A DNA stretch of 64,000 bases from Pseudonocardia sp. (GCA_036272155.1 DATAZG010000057.1:2547-66546), one strand, 5' to 3'; shown: positions 9,671-19,792, counted from the stretch's first letter. Numbers and translations: made by a program. The notes: generated by a model from the sequence alone, not told the origin.

Positions 9671-9795
9671 GGACCAGACGGTAGTCCGCCGAGCTCCGAG
9701 GTGGTGATCGACCTGCGGAGGGGCGGTCGGGGCCGACGCGGTGGGGCGGAAACCACGTTGTGACGGGTCGGCGGGCGACGTATGGTCGAGTGGTT

Positions 9796-9811
9796 GTCGA
9801 ATCGATTCGAC
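9796..9811. promoter_or_regulatory. Probable LacI-family operator
   Basis: Perfect 16-bp palindrome GTCGAATCGATTCGAC between divergent lacI and MFS genes. Confidence 0.8.
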
Positions 9812-9905
9812 CGCCCCGGCCGAGGGCTGCCCTGACGGCGGCCCCGCCGAGGGCCGCCGCGACGGCGACGCTGATGATGATGGTCTCAACGACGAGGGGG
9901 AGTCG

Positions 9906-11129
9906 GTGACCGAGCTGTTGGCCGGAACACGCGAGGTGGACCTGCGCCGGGCCAGGAACGCGGTCGTGGTGGCATTCGCGATGAACGGCCTGAGCTTCGC
10001 GTCCTGGCTGTCCAGGGCGCCCGCCCTGCGCGACGAGCTGTCGCTGACCACCGCGCAGCTCGGCCTGCTGCTGCTCTGCCTCTCTGGCGGTGCCTGCGCC
10101 GCGCTGCCGCTGTCCGGGGCGATGGTGCACCGGCTCGGGCCGGCGCGGGTGGTGCTGCTCGGGTCGCTGATGGCGGGCGTCGGCCTGCTCGCGCTCGGCA
10201 TCGGGGTGGCCACCGACACGGTCTGGCCGGGCGCGGTCGGCCTGGTGCTGGCCGGGATGGGCAGTGGCAACTGGGACGTGGCGATGAACGTGGCCGGCGC
10301 CGACGTCGAGCGGCGGCGGGGGCGCAGCCTGATGCCCCGGCTGCACGCGGCGTTCAGCCTCGGCACGGTGGCCGGCGGCGGGGCCGGGGCGGCGGCCGCC
10401 GCGCTCGGGGTGCCGCTGGCCGCTCAGGTGCTGGTCGTCGGGGTGCTCGTGCCGCTGGTGGTGTCCTTCGCGGTGCGTTCGTTCCCGCCGTCGGACACCC
10501 ACGGCCGGGCCGACGGCGCCACCCGCGGCTCGAACAACCTGCTGCGCACGTGGCTGGAGCCGCGCACCCTGCTGATCGGGGTGGTCACGCTGGCCTTCGC
10601 GTTCACCGAGGGCAGTGCGAACGACTGGCTCGCCGTCGCTGTGGTGGACGGTCACCAGGGCACCGAGGTGCTCGGCGCGCTCGGTTTCGGCGCGTTCGTC
10701 ACCGCGATGACCATCGGCCGGGCAGGTGGCGGCGCGCTGCTGGACCGGTTCGGCCGGGTGACCATGCTCCGGGTCACCTCGGTCCTCGCCGTGGCCGGGC
10801 TCGCGCTGGTCACGCTGGCCGGGTCGGTCGGCTGGGCGCTGGTCGGCGCGCTGTTCTGGGGCCTCGGCGCCTCGCTCGGCTTCCCGGTGGGGATGAGCGC
10901 GGCGGCCGACGACCCCGCGCGCGCCGCCGCCCGCGTCGGCGTGGTCAGCTCGATCGCGTACACCGCGTTCCTGGCCGGACCGCCCGTGATCGGCCTGCTG
11001 GCCCAGCACACCGGCATCCTGCGCGCGCTGTTCGTGGTGCTCGGCGTGCTGGTCGTCGGCCTGCTGGGCATCGGCGCGGTGCGCCCGCTGAACGTGGCCG
11101 ACGAGCCGGGCGGCCGCTCCACCGACTAG
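9906..11129 (+). CDS. MFS transporter
   Basis: About 12 hydrophobic helices; WDVAMN, LHAAFSLG, EGSANDW; RBS before GTG 9906. Confidence 0.9.
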   Translation: MTELLAGTREVDLRRARNAVVVAFAMNGLSFASWLSRAPALRDELSLTTAQLGLLLLCLSGGACAALPLSGAMVHRLGPARVVLLGSLMAGVGLLALGIGVATDTVWPGAVGLVLAGMGSGNWDVAMNVAGADVERRRGRSLMPRLHAAFSLGTVAGGGAGAAAAALGVPLAAQVLVVGVLVPLVVSFAVRSFPPSDTHGRADGATRGSNNLLRTWLEPRTLLIGVVTLAFAFTEGSANDWLAVAVVDGHQGTEVLGALGFGAFVTAMTIGRAGGGALLDRFGRVTMLRVTSVLAVAGLALVTLAGSVGWALVGALFWGLGASLGFPVGMSAAADDPARAAARVGVVSSIAYTAFLAGPPVIGLLAQHTGILRALFVVLGVLVVGLLGIGAVRPLNVADEPGGRSTD

Positions 11130-11172
11130 TCCCGGCTACTGGTTCCCCGCCGGGGCAGGTTCGGGACCTGCG

Positions 11173-12204
11173 TCAGCGCGTGCCGCTGAGGCCCCGGGCG
11201 CGCAACACCCGGCGCTCCACCGGGCGGAACACCAGCAGCTCGACCCCGATGCCGACGATCAGGATCAGGAAGATCGCCGCGATCACCATCGAGATGTTGT
11301 TGAAGTTGCTGCCCTCTTCGAGGTACGCGCCGAGGCCGATGCCGAGCAGTGGGCCGGCCGCGATGATCTCGGCCGCCATCAGGGAGCGCCAGGAGAACGC
11401 CCAGCCCTGCTTGCAGCCGGCCAGGTAGCCGGGCAGCGCGGCGGGCAGCAGGATGTGCCGGGCGCTGGTCAGCCCGCGCGCGCCGAGCACCTGGCCGACC
11501 CGGGGCAGGATCGGCGGGATCTGGTCGATGCCGGCCACCAGCCCGTTCGCGATGGACGGGATGGAGCCGAGCAGCACCACGAAGTAGATGGTCGAGTTGG
11601 TCAGACCGAACCAGAGCACGGCCGCCGGCACCCACGCCACCGAGGGCAGGCTCTGCAGCCCGGACAGCAGCGGCCCGATCGCCGCCCGCACCACCGACAC
11701 CTTGGCCACCAGCAGGCCGAGCGGCGTGGCGATGACCAGCGCGATCAGGAAGCCGAGGAACGCCCGGCTGATCGACGTCCAGAGGATCGACCAGACCTGG
11801 CCGTTCGCCACAACGATGCTGAACTCGTGCCACACCGCGAGCGGTGCCGGCAGCTTGAACTCCGGCCAGAACGCGGCCGCCCACAGGGCCTGCCAGACGA
11901 TCAGGAACAGCGCCAGCGCCACCAGCGGCGGCAACCCGACGGCCACCGCCCGGCGCCAGCGCGGCGTGCGCTGCACCGTCGGTGTGTCCAGCGCGTCCAG
12001 CCCGGCCAGGGCGGCGGCGGAGTCGTCCACCGGACCGGCGCCGGCCGGTCGCGCCGTCCCAGGCTCGGCCGGGACAGAGCCAGAGGGGCCGGCCCCGGCC
12101 GGGACCGAGCCGGACCGGGCCGGGTCCGACGGTCCGGACACGGCTGAGTCGGACGGGGCCGAGTCGGACGGTGCCGGGTGGACCCTGGTCAGGTCATGCG
12201 GCAT
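11173..12204 (-). CDS. ABC permease, SsuC/TauC/NitT family
   Basis: LQSLPSVAWVP, GWAFSWRSLMAAE; Pro/Ser-rich N-terminus. Confidence 0.9.
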   Translation of the reverse strand: MPHDLTRVHPAPSDSAPSDSAVSGPSDPARSGSVPAGAGPSGSVPAEPGTARPAGAGPVDDSAAALAGLDALDTPTVQRTPRWRRAVAVGLPPLVALALFLIVWQALWAAAFWPEFKLPAPLAVWHEFSIVVANGQVWSILWTSISRAFLGFLIALVIATPLGLLVAKVSVVRAAIGPLLSGLQSLPSVAWVPAAVLWFGLTNSTIYFVVLLGSIPSIANGLVAGIDQIPPILPRVGQVLGARGLTSARHILLPAALPGYLAGCKQGWAFSWRSLMAAEIIAAGPLLGIGLGAYLEEGSNFNNISMVIAAIFLILIVGIGVELLVFRPVERRVLRARGLSGTR

Positions 12205-12988
12205 GGCGGCTGATGACCTCTCGCAGGCTGGCGGTGATCTCGTCGTGCAGGTCGGTGCCACCGCGCTGGACGTCCCACTCGCCGACCAGGGTGCCCGGGC
12301 GGGACGACAGCAGCACGACCCGCTGGGCCAGCCGCAGCGCCTCCCGCACGTCGTGGGTCACGAACAGCACCGTGGTGCCGGTGGCCTGCCAGACCCGCAG
12401 CAGCTCGCCCTGCAGCACGTCCCGGGTGATGGCGTCCAGCGCGGCGAAGGGCTCGTCCATCAGCAGCAGGCCGGCGGCGTCCGGGTCGCCGGGCTGGGTG
12501 GTCGCCGCGAGCGCGCGGGCCAGCGCGACCCGCTGGCGCATGCCGCCGGACAGCTCGTGCGGGCGCTTGCGGGCCTGCCCGTCCAACCGGACCAGCTCCA
12601 GCAGCTCGCGGGCCCGGTCGCGTCGTGCGGTCCGGGACACGCCGTTCAGCCGCAGGGGCAGCTCGACGTTGCGCCCGGCGTCCAGCCACGGCAGCAGCGC
12701 CGGCTCCTGGAACATGAACGAGGGCCGGGTGGTGTTCAGCGTGAGCTCGCCCTCGGTCGGCCGGTCGAGCCCGGCCACCAGGTTGAGCAGCGTGGACTTG
12801 CCGCAGCCGGAGGCGCCGAGCAGGCAGACGAACTCGCCCGGCCGGACGTCCAGCGAGACACCGCGCAGTGCGGTGACCGCCGATGCGCCGCTGCCGAAGG
12901 TCTTGCCGATCCCGGCGAGGTGCACCGCGGCGGGGCCCGGCCGGGCCGGGGTGCCCTGTTGGGTCGGCTGCCCGATGGTCACCGTCAT
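12194..12988 (-). CDS. ABC ATP-binding protein, SsuB/TauB family
   Basis: GASGCGKST, LSGGMRQRVALARAL, LLMDEPF. Confidence 0.95.
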   Translation of the reverse strand: MTVTIGQPTQQGTPARPGPAAVHLAGIGKTFGSGASAVTALRGVSLDVRPGEFVCLLGASGCGKSTLLNLVAGLDRPTEGELTLNTTRPSFMFQEPALLPWLDAGRNVELPLRLNGVSRTARRDRARELLELVRLDGQARKRPHELSGGMRQRVALARALAATTQPGDPDAAGLLLMDEPFAALDAITRDVLQGELLRVWQATGTTVLFVTHDVREALRLAQRVVLLSSRPGTLVGEWDVQRGGTDLHDEITASLREVISRHAA

Positions 12989-12995
12989 GTCCGGA

Positions 12996-14090
12996 TCACC
13001 TCTGCGCCTTGTCGAGGCCCGCGGGGTCCACCGCTGGCTTGCCGGCTGCCTGGAGCACCTTGTTGAGCTCGGTGAGGTCCACGAAGCCGTTCAGATTGGT
13101 CGCCGCGGGAGCCACGCCCGCGGTCACGCTGTCCTGCGCGAGCTGCGGGAAGGTGGCGGCCAGCGGGTCGAGCCCGAAGCTGAGCTCGGAGAACGCCCGG
13201 TCCAGCACCGGCTGGCTCAGCGTGGCGCCGGTAAGCCGCTGGATCGCGGCGTTGGTCACGGTCTTGGCCCCGGCCGGGTCGGTCGCGGCGAAGTCGATGG
13301 CCTGCTGCTCGCCGCGCAGCAGCGCGTCGATGGTGTCCGGATGCTGCTTGAGGTAGTCGGTGCGCACGATCAGCACGGTGGTGGGGAACTGGCCGCCGGG
13401 CCACAGCGTCTTCTCGTCCACCAGGGTGGTCGCGCCGGCGTCGACCAGCTGGGAGCTCCACGGCTCGGGCAGCCAGCCGCCGGCGACCTGGCCGCTCTTG
13501 AACAGGTCGAGAGTGCGGGGGTTGGCCAGGTTCTGCACGGTGACCGCGTTCGGGCCGCTGCCGATCGGCAGGTTGTGCCCCTTGAGCCACTTCTTCAGCG
13601 AGACGTCCTGGGTGTTGGCCAGCTGCGGGGTGGCGATCGTCTGCCCCTCGAGCTGCTCCGGCGAGGTGATGCCGGGCTTGACCACGAGCTGCGCGCCGCC
13701 GGAGGTGGACCCGGCGATCAGCCGCACGGCCGCGCCCTTGGACTGGTCGAAGGCGTTGATCGCCGGGCTGGACCCGATGAACCCGGCGTCCAGCGAACCG
13801 CCCAGCAGCGCGCTGACCTCCGGCGGGCCCGCGTTGAACTGCTGGGTGACCAGCTTCGTCGAGCCCAGCTCCTTGGCGAAGAAGCCCTTGTCCAGCCCGA
13901 TCAGGGCCGGCGCGTGGGTGATGTTCGGGAAGTAGCCCAGCCGCAGCTCGACGGCCGGGCCCTGGTTGGCCGGGGCGGCCGAGGCTCCCGAGGTGTCGCC
14001 GCGGTCGGCGCGCGAGCACGCGGCGAGCGCGGCCCCAGCCGTGAGCACGGCGGCGAGCACGACTGCGAAGGTACGGAGGCTGCGGTTCAT
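12996..14090 (-). CDS. ABC substrate-binding lipoprotein, SsuA-like (sulfonate/sulfate)
   Basis: Lipobox LAAC; LRLGYFPNITHAPAL; ATPQLANTQD. Confidence 0.9.
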   Translation of the reverse strand: MNRSLRTFAVVLAAVLTAGAALAACSRADRGDTSGASAAPANQGPAVELRLGYFPNITHAPALIGLDKGFFAKELGSTKLVTQQFNAGPPEVSALLGGSLDAGFIGSSPAINAFDQSKGAAVRLIAGSTSGGAQLVVKPGITSPEQLEGQTIATPQLANTQDVSLKKWLKGHNLPIGSGPNAVTVQNLANPRTLDLFKSGQVAGGWLPEPWSSQLVDAGATTLVDEKTLWPGGQFPTTVLIVRTDYLKQHPDTIDALLRGEQQAIDFAATDPAGAKTVTNAAIQRLTGATLSQPVLDRAFSELSFGLDPLAATFPQLAQDSVTAGVAPAATNLNGFVDLTELNKVLQAAGKPAVDPAGLDKAQR

Positions 14091-14190
14091 CTGTTCAATC
14101 TCGATCCGTCTGGTGGGCGTCGACGCCCGAGGAGCGCTGGTGGGTAGCCGGGGTCTGTGTCGGGGACGTCGGAGGCAGCGGGCGGCTGGG

Positions 14191-15111
14191 TCAGCGGACG
14201 GCGGGGTCGAGCTCGGGTGCCTGGGTCGGTGCCGGCGGGGCGACCGGGCGCGGCCGCGGCACGACCATCACGAGCAGGCCGGCCGCGGCGCCGGCGATGA
14301 TCACCGGGGTGCTCACCTTCAGCAGCGCGAGCGCGGAGGCGAGCAGTACGGCCGCGATCACCGGGCGGATCACGGCGGAGGGGCCCTGGGCGGACAGCCG
14401 GGCGCCGAGGTAGACCCCGGGCAGCGCGCCGAGCAGCAGGGAGGCGGTGAGCGCGAACTGCACGTCACCGAACAGCAGGTGGCCCAGTGTCGCGGCGGCC
14501 ACCAGCGGGATCGCCTGCACGATGTCGGTGCCGACCAGCTTGGCCGGCCGCAGCGTCGGGTAGGCGAGCAGCAGCAGTGCGATGATCACCGAGCCGGCAC
14601 CGACCGAGGTCATGCCGACCGCGAAGCCGCCGACCACGCCGATCGCCACGGTGCGCAGCGGGCGGACGACCAGCGGCCGGTCCGCGTCGGCGGCGATGCC
14701 GGCTGCCGCGTCCCGGCGGCGGGCCCGGCGGTCCAGCAGCTGGCGCACGATCATCAGCGCGACCGAGGCGCACAGCGCGATACCGATGATCAGTTTGAGG
14801 TTGTCCTGCACACCGGTGGCGTGCCCGATCGCGCCGATGAGCACCGCGCCGGCGAACGCCGAGGGCACCGACCCGACGCAGAGCCAGCCGACCAGGCGCC
14901 ATGCCACCGTGCGGTGACGCAGGTGCACGGCACCGCCGACCGGCTTCATCACGAGCGAGGTGAACAGGTCACTGGAGATCGCGGCGAGCGGCTCGACCCG
15001 GAAGAACAGCACGAGCAGGGGGGTCAACAGCGCGCCGCCGCCCATGCCGGTGAGGCCGACCAGAAGGCCGACCAGAAGTCCGGCTACGGACAGCGAGAGA
15101 TTGACGTGCAC
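14191..15111 (-). CDS. TauE/SafE-family membrane transporter
   Basis: GLTGMGGGALLTP, GMTSVGAGS, LVGTDIVQA. Confidence 0.92.
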   Translation of the reverse strand: MHVNLSLSVAGLLVGLLVGLTGMGGGALLTPLLVLFFRVEPLAAISSDLFTSLVMKPVGGAVHLRHRTVAWRLVGWLCVGSVPSAFAGAVLIGAIGHATGVQDNLKLIIGIALCASVALMIVRQLLDRRARRRDAAAGIAADADRPLVVRPLRTVAIGVVGGFAVGMTSVGAGSVIIALLLLAYPTLRPAKLVGTDIVQAIPLVAAATLGHLLFGDVQFALTASLLLGALPGVYLGARLSAQGPSAVIRPVIAAVLLASALALLKVSTPVIIAGAAAGLLVMVVPRPRPVAPPAPTQAPELDPAVR

Positions 15112-15178
15112 GATCGGGTGCCTGCCTTATGACGACGAGCGCGGGTGACCGGGACCGGTCGGCGCGGGACGAACCGGG

Positions 15179-15286
15179 TCAGCGGCCGGTCGAACAGCAG
15201 GCGGTGAGCAGACGCATGAGATCCACATGCAGCCGCCGGACCAGCATCGGCCGGGCGAGCCGGTCAGCTTGGAAGCGGGTACGCAC
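15179..15286 (-). CDS. Cys-containing leader peptide (35 aa), putative attenuator of tauE-ABC
   Basis: Hand translation MRTRFQADRLARPMLVRRLHVDLMRLLTACCSTGR*; RRxHVDxxR...CC pattern of actinobacterial sulfur-gene leaders. Confidence 0.75.
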   Translation of the reverse strand: MRTRFQADRLARPMLVRRLHVDLMRLLTACCSTGR

Positions 15287-15378
15287 CCCCCGATGCTTAC
15301 ATTCCTGAGCGGCTTAGTCAACAAAGTGTGAAGCAGCTGTCCCGGGCTTGATCAGCGGGAATACGCCAAGATGGTGGC

Positions 15379-15852
15379 GTGCAGATCTCGGCGAGGGCGG
15401 ACTACGCACTGCGGGCATTGTGTGTGCTGGCGAGTGCCCCGGAGCAGTGCGCGGTGAAGGCCGACGAGATCGCCTCGGCCCAGGGCATCCCGCGCACTTT
15501 CCTCGACGGCATCCTCGTCGAGCTGCGCCGGGCCGGCCTCGTGGAGAGCCGGCGTGGCCCGGACGGCGGTCACCGGCTCGCCCGACCGGCGTACGCGATC
15601 TCGCTCGCCGACGTCATCCGGGTGACCGACGGCCCGCTCGCCCTCGTCCGGGGCCAGCGCCCGGAGAGCCACGCCTACGAGGGCGCGGCGCGGCACCTGC
15701 AGGACGTCTGGGTCGCCGTGCGGGCCAGCCTCCGCTCGATCCTCGAGCTGACGACCGTGGCGCAGGTCGTGGAGGGCCGCCTGCCGGACTCGGTCACCGC
15801 CTATACCCGCGAGGACCGCTCCTGGCGCTCCGTCTGGCCCTCCGACCACTGA
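15379..15852 (+). CDS. Rrf2-family regulator (CymR-like, no Fe-S Cys triad)
   Basis: MQISARADYALRAL...SRRGPDGGHRLARP; adjacent to cys genes. Confidence 0.92.
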   Translation: MQISARADYALRALCVLASAPEQCAVKADEIASAQGIPRTFLDGILVELRRAGLVESRRGPDGGHRLARPAYAISLADVIRVTDGPLALVRGQRPESHAYEGAARHLQDVWVAVRASLRSILELTTVAQVVEGRLPDSVTAYTREDRSWRSVWPSDH

Positions 15853-15895
15853 AACGCCTGACCCGCGCGTATGCGGGTGGCGTGCGCCCGCGGCG

Positions 15896-16753
15896 TCAGG
15901 TGGCGGCGGGGGTGAGGTGGGCGGTGCCGGTGAGGGTGGGGGCGGCGGCGAGGTAGCGGTCCAGGACGACCTCCGCGACAGCGGGGTCCGGGCCGAGTGG
16001 CGCGGCGACGCGGATCGCCGGGTCCAGGGCCAGGGCGGCCCGGCCGACCCGGCGCGGCAGCAGGCCGGGCGCCAGGAACCAGCCGGCCACCGCGATCCGC
16101 CCGGCACCGGCGCCCCGCAGCTGCTCGACCGCCTCACCCACCGTGGGGGACAGCGCGGTCGCGAACGCCGGGACGCAGCCCGCCCGCCACGGGTGTTGGC
16201 GTGCCCAGGAGGCGGCGAGCCGGTGCACAGCGGCGTTGGCGCTGGCGTGCGAGGAGCCGGTTGCGGCGAGCACGACGCCCAGGTCGGGGTCGTCCAGCGG
16301 GCCGGCGACCTCGGCGAGGCGGCGCAGCGCGGCGTCCGCCAGCCTCGGCTCGGCACCGCCGACGGGCCGCCCGCAACCGCTCCCGAGGAGACAGCCGCCG
16401 TCAGCACCGCTACCGCCACTGCCGCCACCGAGGACGGCGGAGACGGTCAGCCGCAGCCTTGGGTGCCGCCGGGCCGCCCTGGCCACCGCGCCGGGCAGGT
16501 CGACCCGCGCGTGGAAGGCGTTGCCGAGCAGCAGCGGCACCACGACGGCGTCGGTGTGCCCGTCGGCGGCCACGGCGGCGAGCACGTCGGGCAGCCGAGG
16601 GGCGCTCAGGTCGAGGAAGCCGAGCCGGACGTCCAGCTCCGGCCGTTGCCGGCGCACCTCGTCGACCAGTGCGGCGACGGTGGCCGCCGAGCGCGGGTCG
16701 CGGCTGCCGTGGGCCACCGCGACCAGCGCCGGGGGCGTGGAAAGGAGCGCCAT
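15896..16753 (-). CDS. sirB: Sirohydrochlorin chelatase (SirB/CbiX family)
   Basis: LVAVAHGSRDPR, VPLLLGNAFHARVDLP; last gene of the cys operon. Confidence 0.85.
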   Translation of the reverse strand: MALLSTPPALVAVAHGSRDPRSAATVAALVDEVRRQRPELDVRLGFLDLSAPRLPDVLAAVAADGHTDAVVVPLLLGNAFHARVDLPGAVARAARRHPRLRLTVSAVLGGGSGGSGADGGCLLGSGCGRPVGGAEPRLADAALRRLAEVAGPLDDPDLGVVLAATGSSHASANAAVHRLAASWARQHPWRAGCVPAFATALSPTVGEAVEQLRGAGAGRIAVAGWFLAPGLLPRRVGRAALALDPAIRVAAPLGPDPAVAEVVLDRYLAAAPTLTGTAHLTPAAT

Positions 16754-18090
16754 CAGTCCTCGAGCAGCGGCACCAGCGGGGTGCCCACCAGTCCCGCGGC
16801 CAGCGTGTTGCCGGTCGGCGGGTCGATCAGCAGGAACGAACCGGTCGCCCGGCTGTCGGCGTAGTCGTCCACCGGCAGTGGGTCGGCGGTCCGGATGCTG
16901 ACCCGGCCGATGTCGTTGATCTCCAGCCGCTCCGGGGTGCTCAGCGTGAGGGTGTTGGTGTCCAGCCGGTCGTGCAGCGCGCCGATGATCGCCTGGGTGA
17001 CCCGGGTGCCGTGCTTGAGCAGCAGCCGGGCGCCGGGGCGCAGGGGCTGCTCGGCGAGCCAGCAGACGGTGGTCTCCAGCTGGTCGGTGACCGTCGGCGG
17101 GTGCTCGGCGTCCACGATCACGCTGCCGCGCGCCACGTCCAGGTTGTCGGCGAGCAGCACCGTGACGCTGCGCCCGGCGCCGGCCTCGGCGAGCTGGCCG
17201 TCGGCGGTGTCCACCGAGGTGACGGTGCTGCTCAGGCCCTCCGGCAGCACCAGCACGCGCTGGCCGGGGCGCACGGTGCCGGCCGCGACCTGGCCGGCGT
17301 AGCCGCGGTAGTCCGGGTACTCGGCGGTGCGGGGCCGGATCACGTACTGCACCGGGATGCGCAGCGGGGCGTCGGCGTCGGGGCTGCCCACCGGCACCGA
17401 CTCCAGGTGCTGCAGCAGCGTCGGGCCGGAGTACCACGGTGTGTTGGCCGAAGGCTCCACCACGTTGTCGCCCACCAGTGCGGACAGCGGGATGGTGATC
17501 ACGCGCTCGGCCGGGTAGCCCAGCGCGGTGGTCAGCCCGTTGAAGTCCTTGGCGATCGCGGTGAACACGGCCTCGTCGTAGTCGACCAGGTCGATCTTGT
17601 TCACGGCCAGCACCAGCCGGGGCACCCGCAGCAGCGCGATGACCGCGGCGTGCCGGCGGGTCTGCTCGACCACGCCGTAGCGGGCGTCGACCAGCAGTAC
17701 CGCCAGCTCGGCGGTGGACGCACCGGTCACCGTGTTGCGGGTGTACTGCACGTGCCCGGGGGTATCGGCCAGCACGAACTCGCGCTTCGGCGTGCCGAAG
17801 TAGCGGTAGGCCACGTCGATCGTGATGCCCTGCTCGCGCTCCGCGCGCAGCCCGTCGACGAGCAGCGACAGGTCGGGTGTGGTCAGGCCCTTGTCGACCG
17901 AGGCGCGCTGGACTGCCTCGATCTGGTCGGCGAGCACCGACTTGGTGTCGTAGAGCAGCCGGCCGACGAGGGTCGACTTGCCGTCGTCCACGCTGCCCGC
18001 CGTGGCGAACCGCAGCAGGTCGCGCCGGGGCGCCTCGGCCGGCTGGGGAGCGGTCTCGTTCGCTCGCTCGCCCAGCGCTGGATCCGACAT
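16753..18090 (-). CDS. cysN: Sulfate adenylyltransferase subunit 1
   Basis: TAGSVDDGKSTLVGRLL, EREQGITIDVAYRYF, DTPGH, NKID. Confidence 0.97.
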   Translation of the reverse strand: MSDPALGERANETAPQPAEAPRRDLLRFATAGSVDDGKSTLVGRLLYDTKSVLADQIEAVQRASVDKGLTTPDLSLLVDGLRAEREQGITIDVAYRYFGTPKREFVLADTPGHVQYTRNTVTGASTAELAVLLVDARYGVVEQTRRHAAVIALLRVPRLVLAVNKIDLVDYDEAVFTAIAKDFNGLTTALGYPAERVITIPLSALVGDNVVEPSANTPWYSGPTLLQHLESVPVGSPDADAPLRIPVQYVIRPRTAEYPDYRGYAGQVAAGTVRPGQRVLVLPEGLSSTVTSVDTADGQLAEAGAGRSVTVLLADNLDVARGSVIVDAEHPPTVTDQLETTVCWLAEQPLRPGARLLLKHGTRVTQAIIGALHDRLDTNTLTLSTPERLEINDIGRVSIRTADPLPVDDYADSRATGSFLLIDPPTGNTLAAGLVGTPLVPLLED

Positions 18091-19028
18091 CAGAAGTAGC
18101 CCTCTCGCTTGCGGTCCTCCATGGCGGCCTCGGACAGCCGGTCGTCCGCGCGGGTGGCTCCCCGCTCGGTCAACCGGGAGGCGGTGACCTCGGCGATCAC
18201 CTCGTCCAGCGTCGTCGCGGTGGACTCCACCGCGCCGGTGCAGGAGCCGTCCCCGACGGTGCGGTACCGCACGGTGCGCAGCTCGAGGGACTCGCCGCCG
18301 CGCGGGCCGCCCCAGGGGCCCTCGGCGAGCCACATGCCGTCGCGGCGGAACACCTCGCGCCGATGGGAGAAGTAGATCTGGGGCAGCTCGATGTTCTCGC
18401 GCTGGATGTAGCGCCAGACGTCCAGCTCGGTCCAGTTCGAGATCGGGAACACCCGGACGTGCTCACCCGGGGCGTGCCGGCCGTTGTACAGGTTCCACAG
18501 CTCGGGGCGCTGCTTGCGCGGGTCCCACCGGCCGAAGCCGTCGCGCAGGCTGATGATCCGCTCCTTGGCCCGTGCCCGTTCTTCGTCGCGGCGACCGCCG
18601 CCGAACACCGCGTCGAACCGGTGCTCGTTGATCGAGTCCAGCAGCGGGACGGTCTGCAGCGGGTTGCGGGTGCCGTCCGGGCGCTCCACCAGCCGGCCGT
18701 CGTCGATCCAGTCCTGCACGTGGGCGACCACCAGGCGCAGCCCCAGCTGCTCGGTCAGCCGGTCCCGGAAGTCGATCACCTCCGGGTAGTTGTGCCCGGT
18801 GTCCACGTGTAGCAGCGAGAACGGCACCGGGGCCGGCGCGAACGCCTTCGCGGCCAGGTGCACCAGCAGCGTGGAGTCCTTGCCGCCGGAGAACAGGATC
18901 ACCGGGCGGTCGAACTCGCCGGCGACCTCCCGGAAGATGTGGATCGCCTCGGACTCCAGCGCGTCCAGCGCGTCGAACCGGGCGTTCGCCGCGGTCGGCG
19001 CCGCGAGCTGGTCCAGCGTTGTGCTCAT
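18090..19028 (-). CDS. cysD: Sulfate adenylyltransferase subunit 2
   Basis: LFSGGKDS, GGGRRDEERARAKER, QRPELW, VRYRTVGD. Confidence 0.97.
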   Translation of the reverse strand: MSTTLDQLAAPTAANARFDALDALESEAIHIFREVAGEFDRPVILFSGGKDSTLLVHLAAKAFAPAPVPFSLLHVDTGHNYPEVIDFRDRLTEQLGLRLVVAHVQDWIDDGRLVERPDGTRNPLQTVPLLDSINEHRFDAVFGGGRRDEERARAKERIISLRDGFGRWDPRKQRPELWNLYNGRHAPGEHVRVFPISNWTELDVWRYIQRENIELPQIYFSHRREVFRRDGMWLAEGPWGGPRGGESLELRTVRYRTVGDGSCTGAVESTATTLDEVIAEVTASRLTERGATRADDRLSEAAMEDRKREGYF

Positions 19029-19792
19029 GCGTGCAACCCGCATTCGGTCTTGGCCAGGCCGGCCCAGCGGCCGGCTCGCTTGTCTTCGCCGGGCAGTGGT
19101 TTGCGGGTGCACGGCGCGCAGCCGATCGACGGGTAACCGGCCTCCACCAGCGGGTTCACCAGAATCCCGTGCTCGGCGACGTAGGTGTCCATCTCCTCGT
19201 CGGTCCACGCCGCGATCGGGTTGATCTTCACGAGGCCGAACTTGTCGTCGAAGGTGACCAGCGGCGTGTTCACCCGGGTCGGAGCCTCCACCCGGCGCAC
19301 CCCGGTGACCCAGGCGTCGTAGCGGGCCAGGGTGTTCTGCAGCGGCGCCACCTTGCGCAGCGCGCAGCACTGGTCGGGGGCGCGGGCGAAAAGGTCCTTG
19401 CCGAGGAGGCCGTCCTGCTCGGCGACGGTGTGCTCGGCGGTGGCGTTCACCATCCGCACGTCGTAGACGGTCTCCACGGCGTCGCGGGTGCCGATCGTCT
19501 CGGCGAAGTGGTAGCCGGTCTCCAGGAACAGCACGTCCACGCCGGGGCGTGAGGCCTGCTCGCAGGGCCGAACCCTTGATACAGCCTTGGCGGCCAGGTC
19601 GACCAGCACGGCGTCCTGCATGTTCGACGCCACGATCAGACTGCCGCCGAACGTCGCCGCCGCCCAGTCCAACACCTGCTCGGCCGTCGCGTCCGGCCCC
19701 AGCTCCTCGGCGCCGCGCGCCGCGATGGCCCGCAGCTCATCGGCACCCCGGGTCCGCCCCGGGGTCGCCACCTCGGTACTGGACACACTCAT
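19025..19792 (-). CDS. cysH: APS/PAPS reductase
   Basis: ETGYHF, CCALRKV, GYPSIGCAPCT, KTECGLH. Confidence 0.96.
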   Translation of the reverse strand: MSVSSTEVATPGRTRGADELRAIAARGAEELGPDATAEQVLDWAAATFGGSLIVASNMQDAVLVDLAAKAVSRVRPCEQASRPGVDVLFLETGYHFAETIGTRDAVETVYDVRMVNATAEHTVAEQDGLLGKDLFARAPDQCCALRKVAPLQNTLARYDAWVTGVRRVEAPTRVNTPLVTFDDKFGLVKINPIAAWTDEEMDTYVAEHGILVNPLVEAGYPSIGCAPCTRKPLPGEDKRAGRWAGLAKTECGLHA

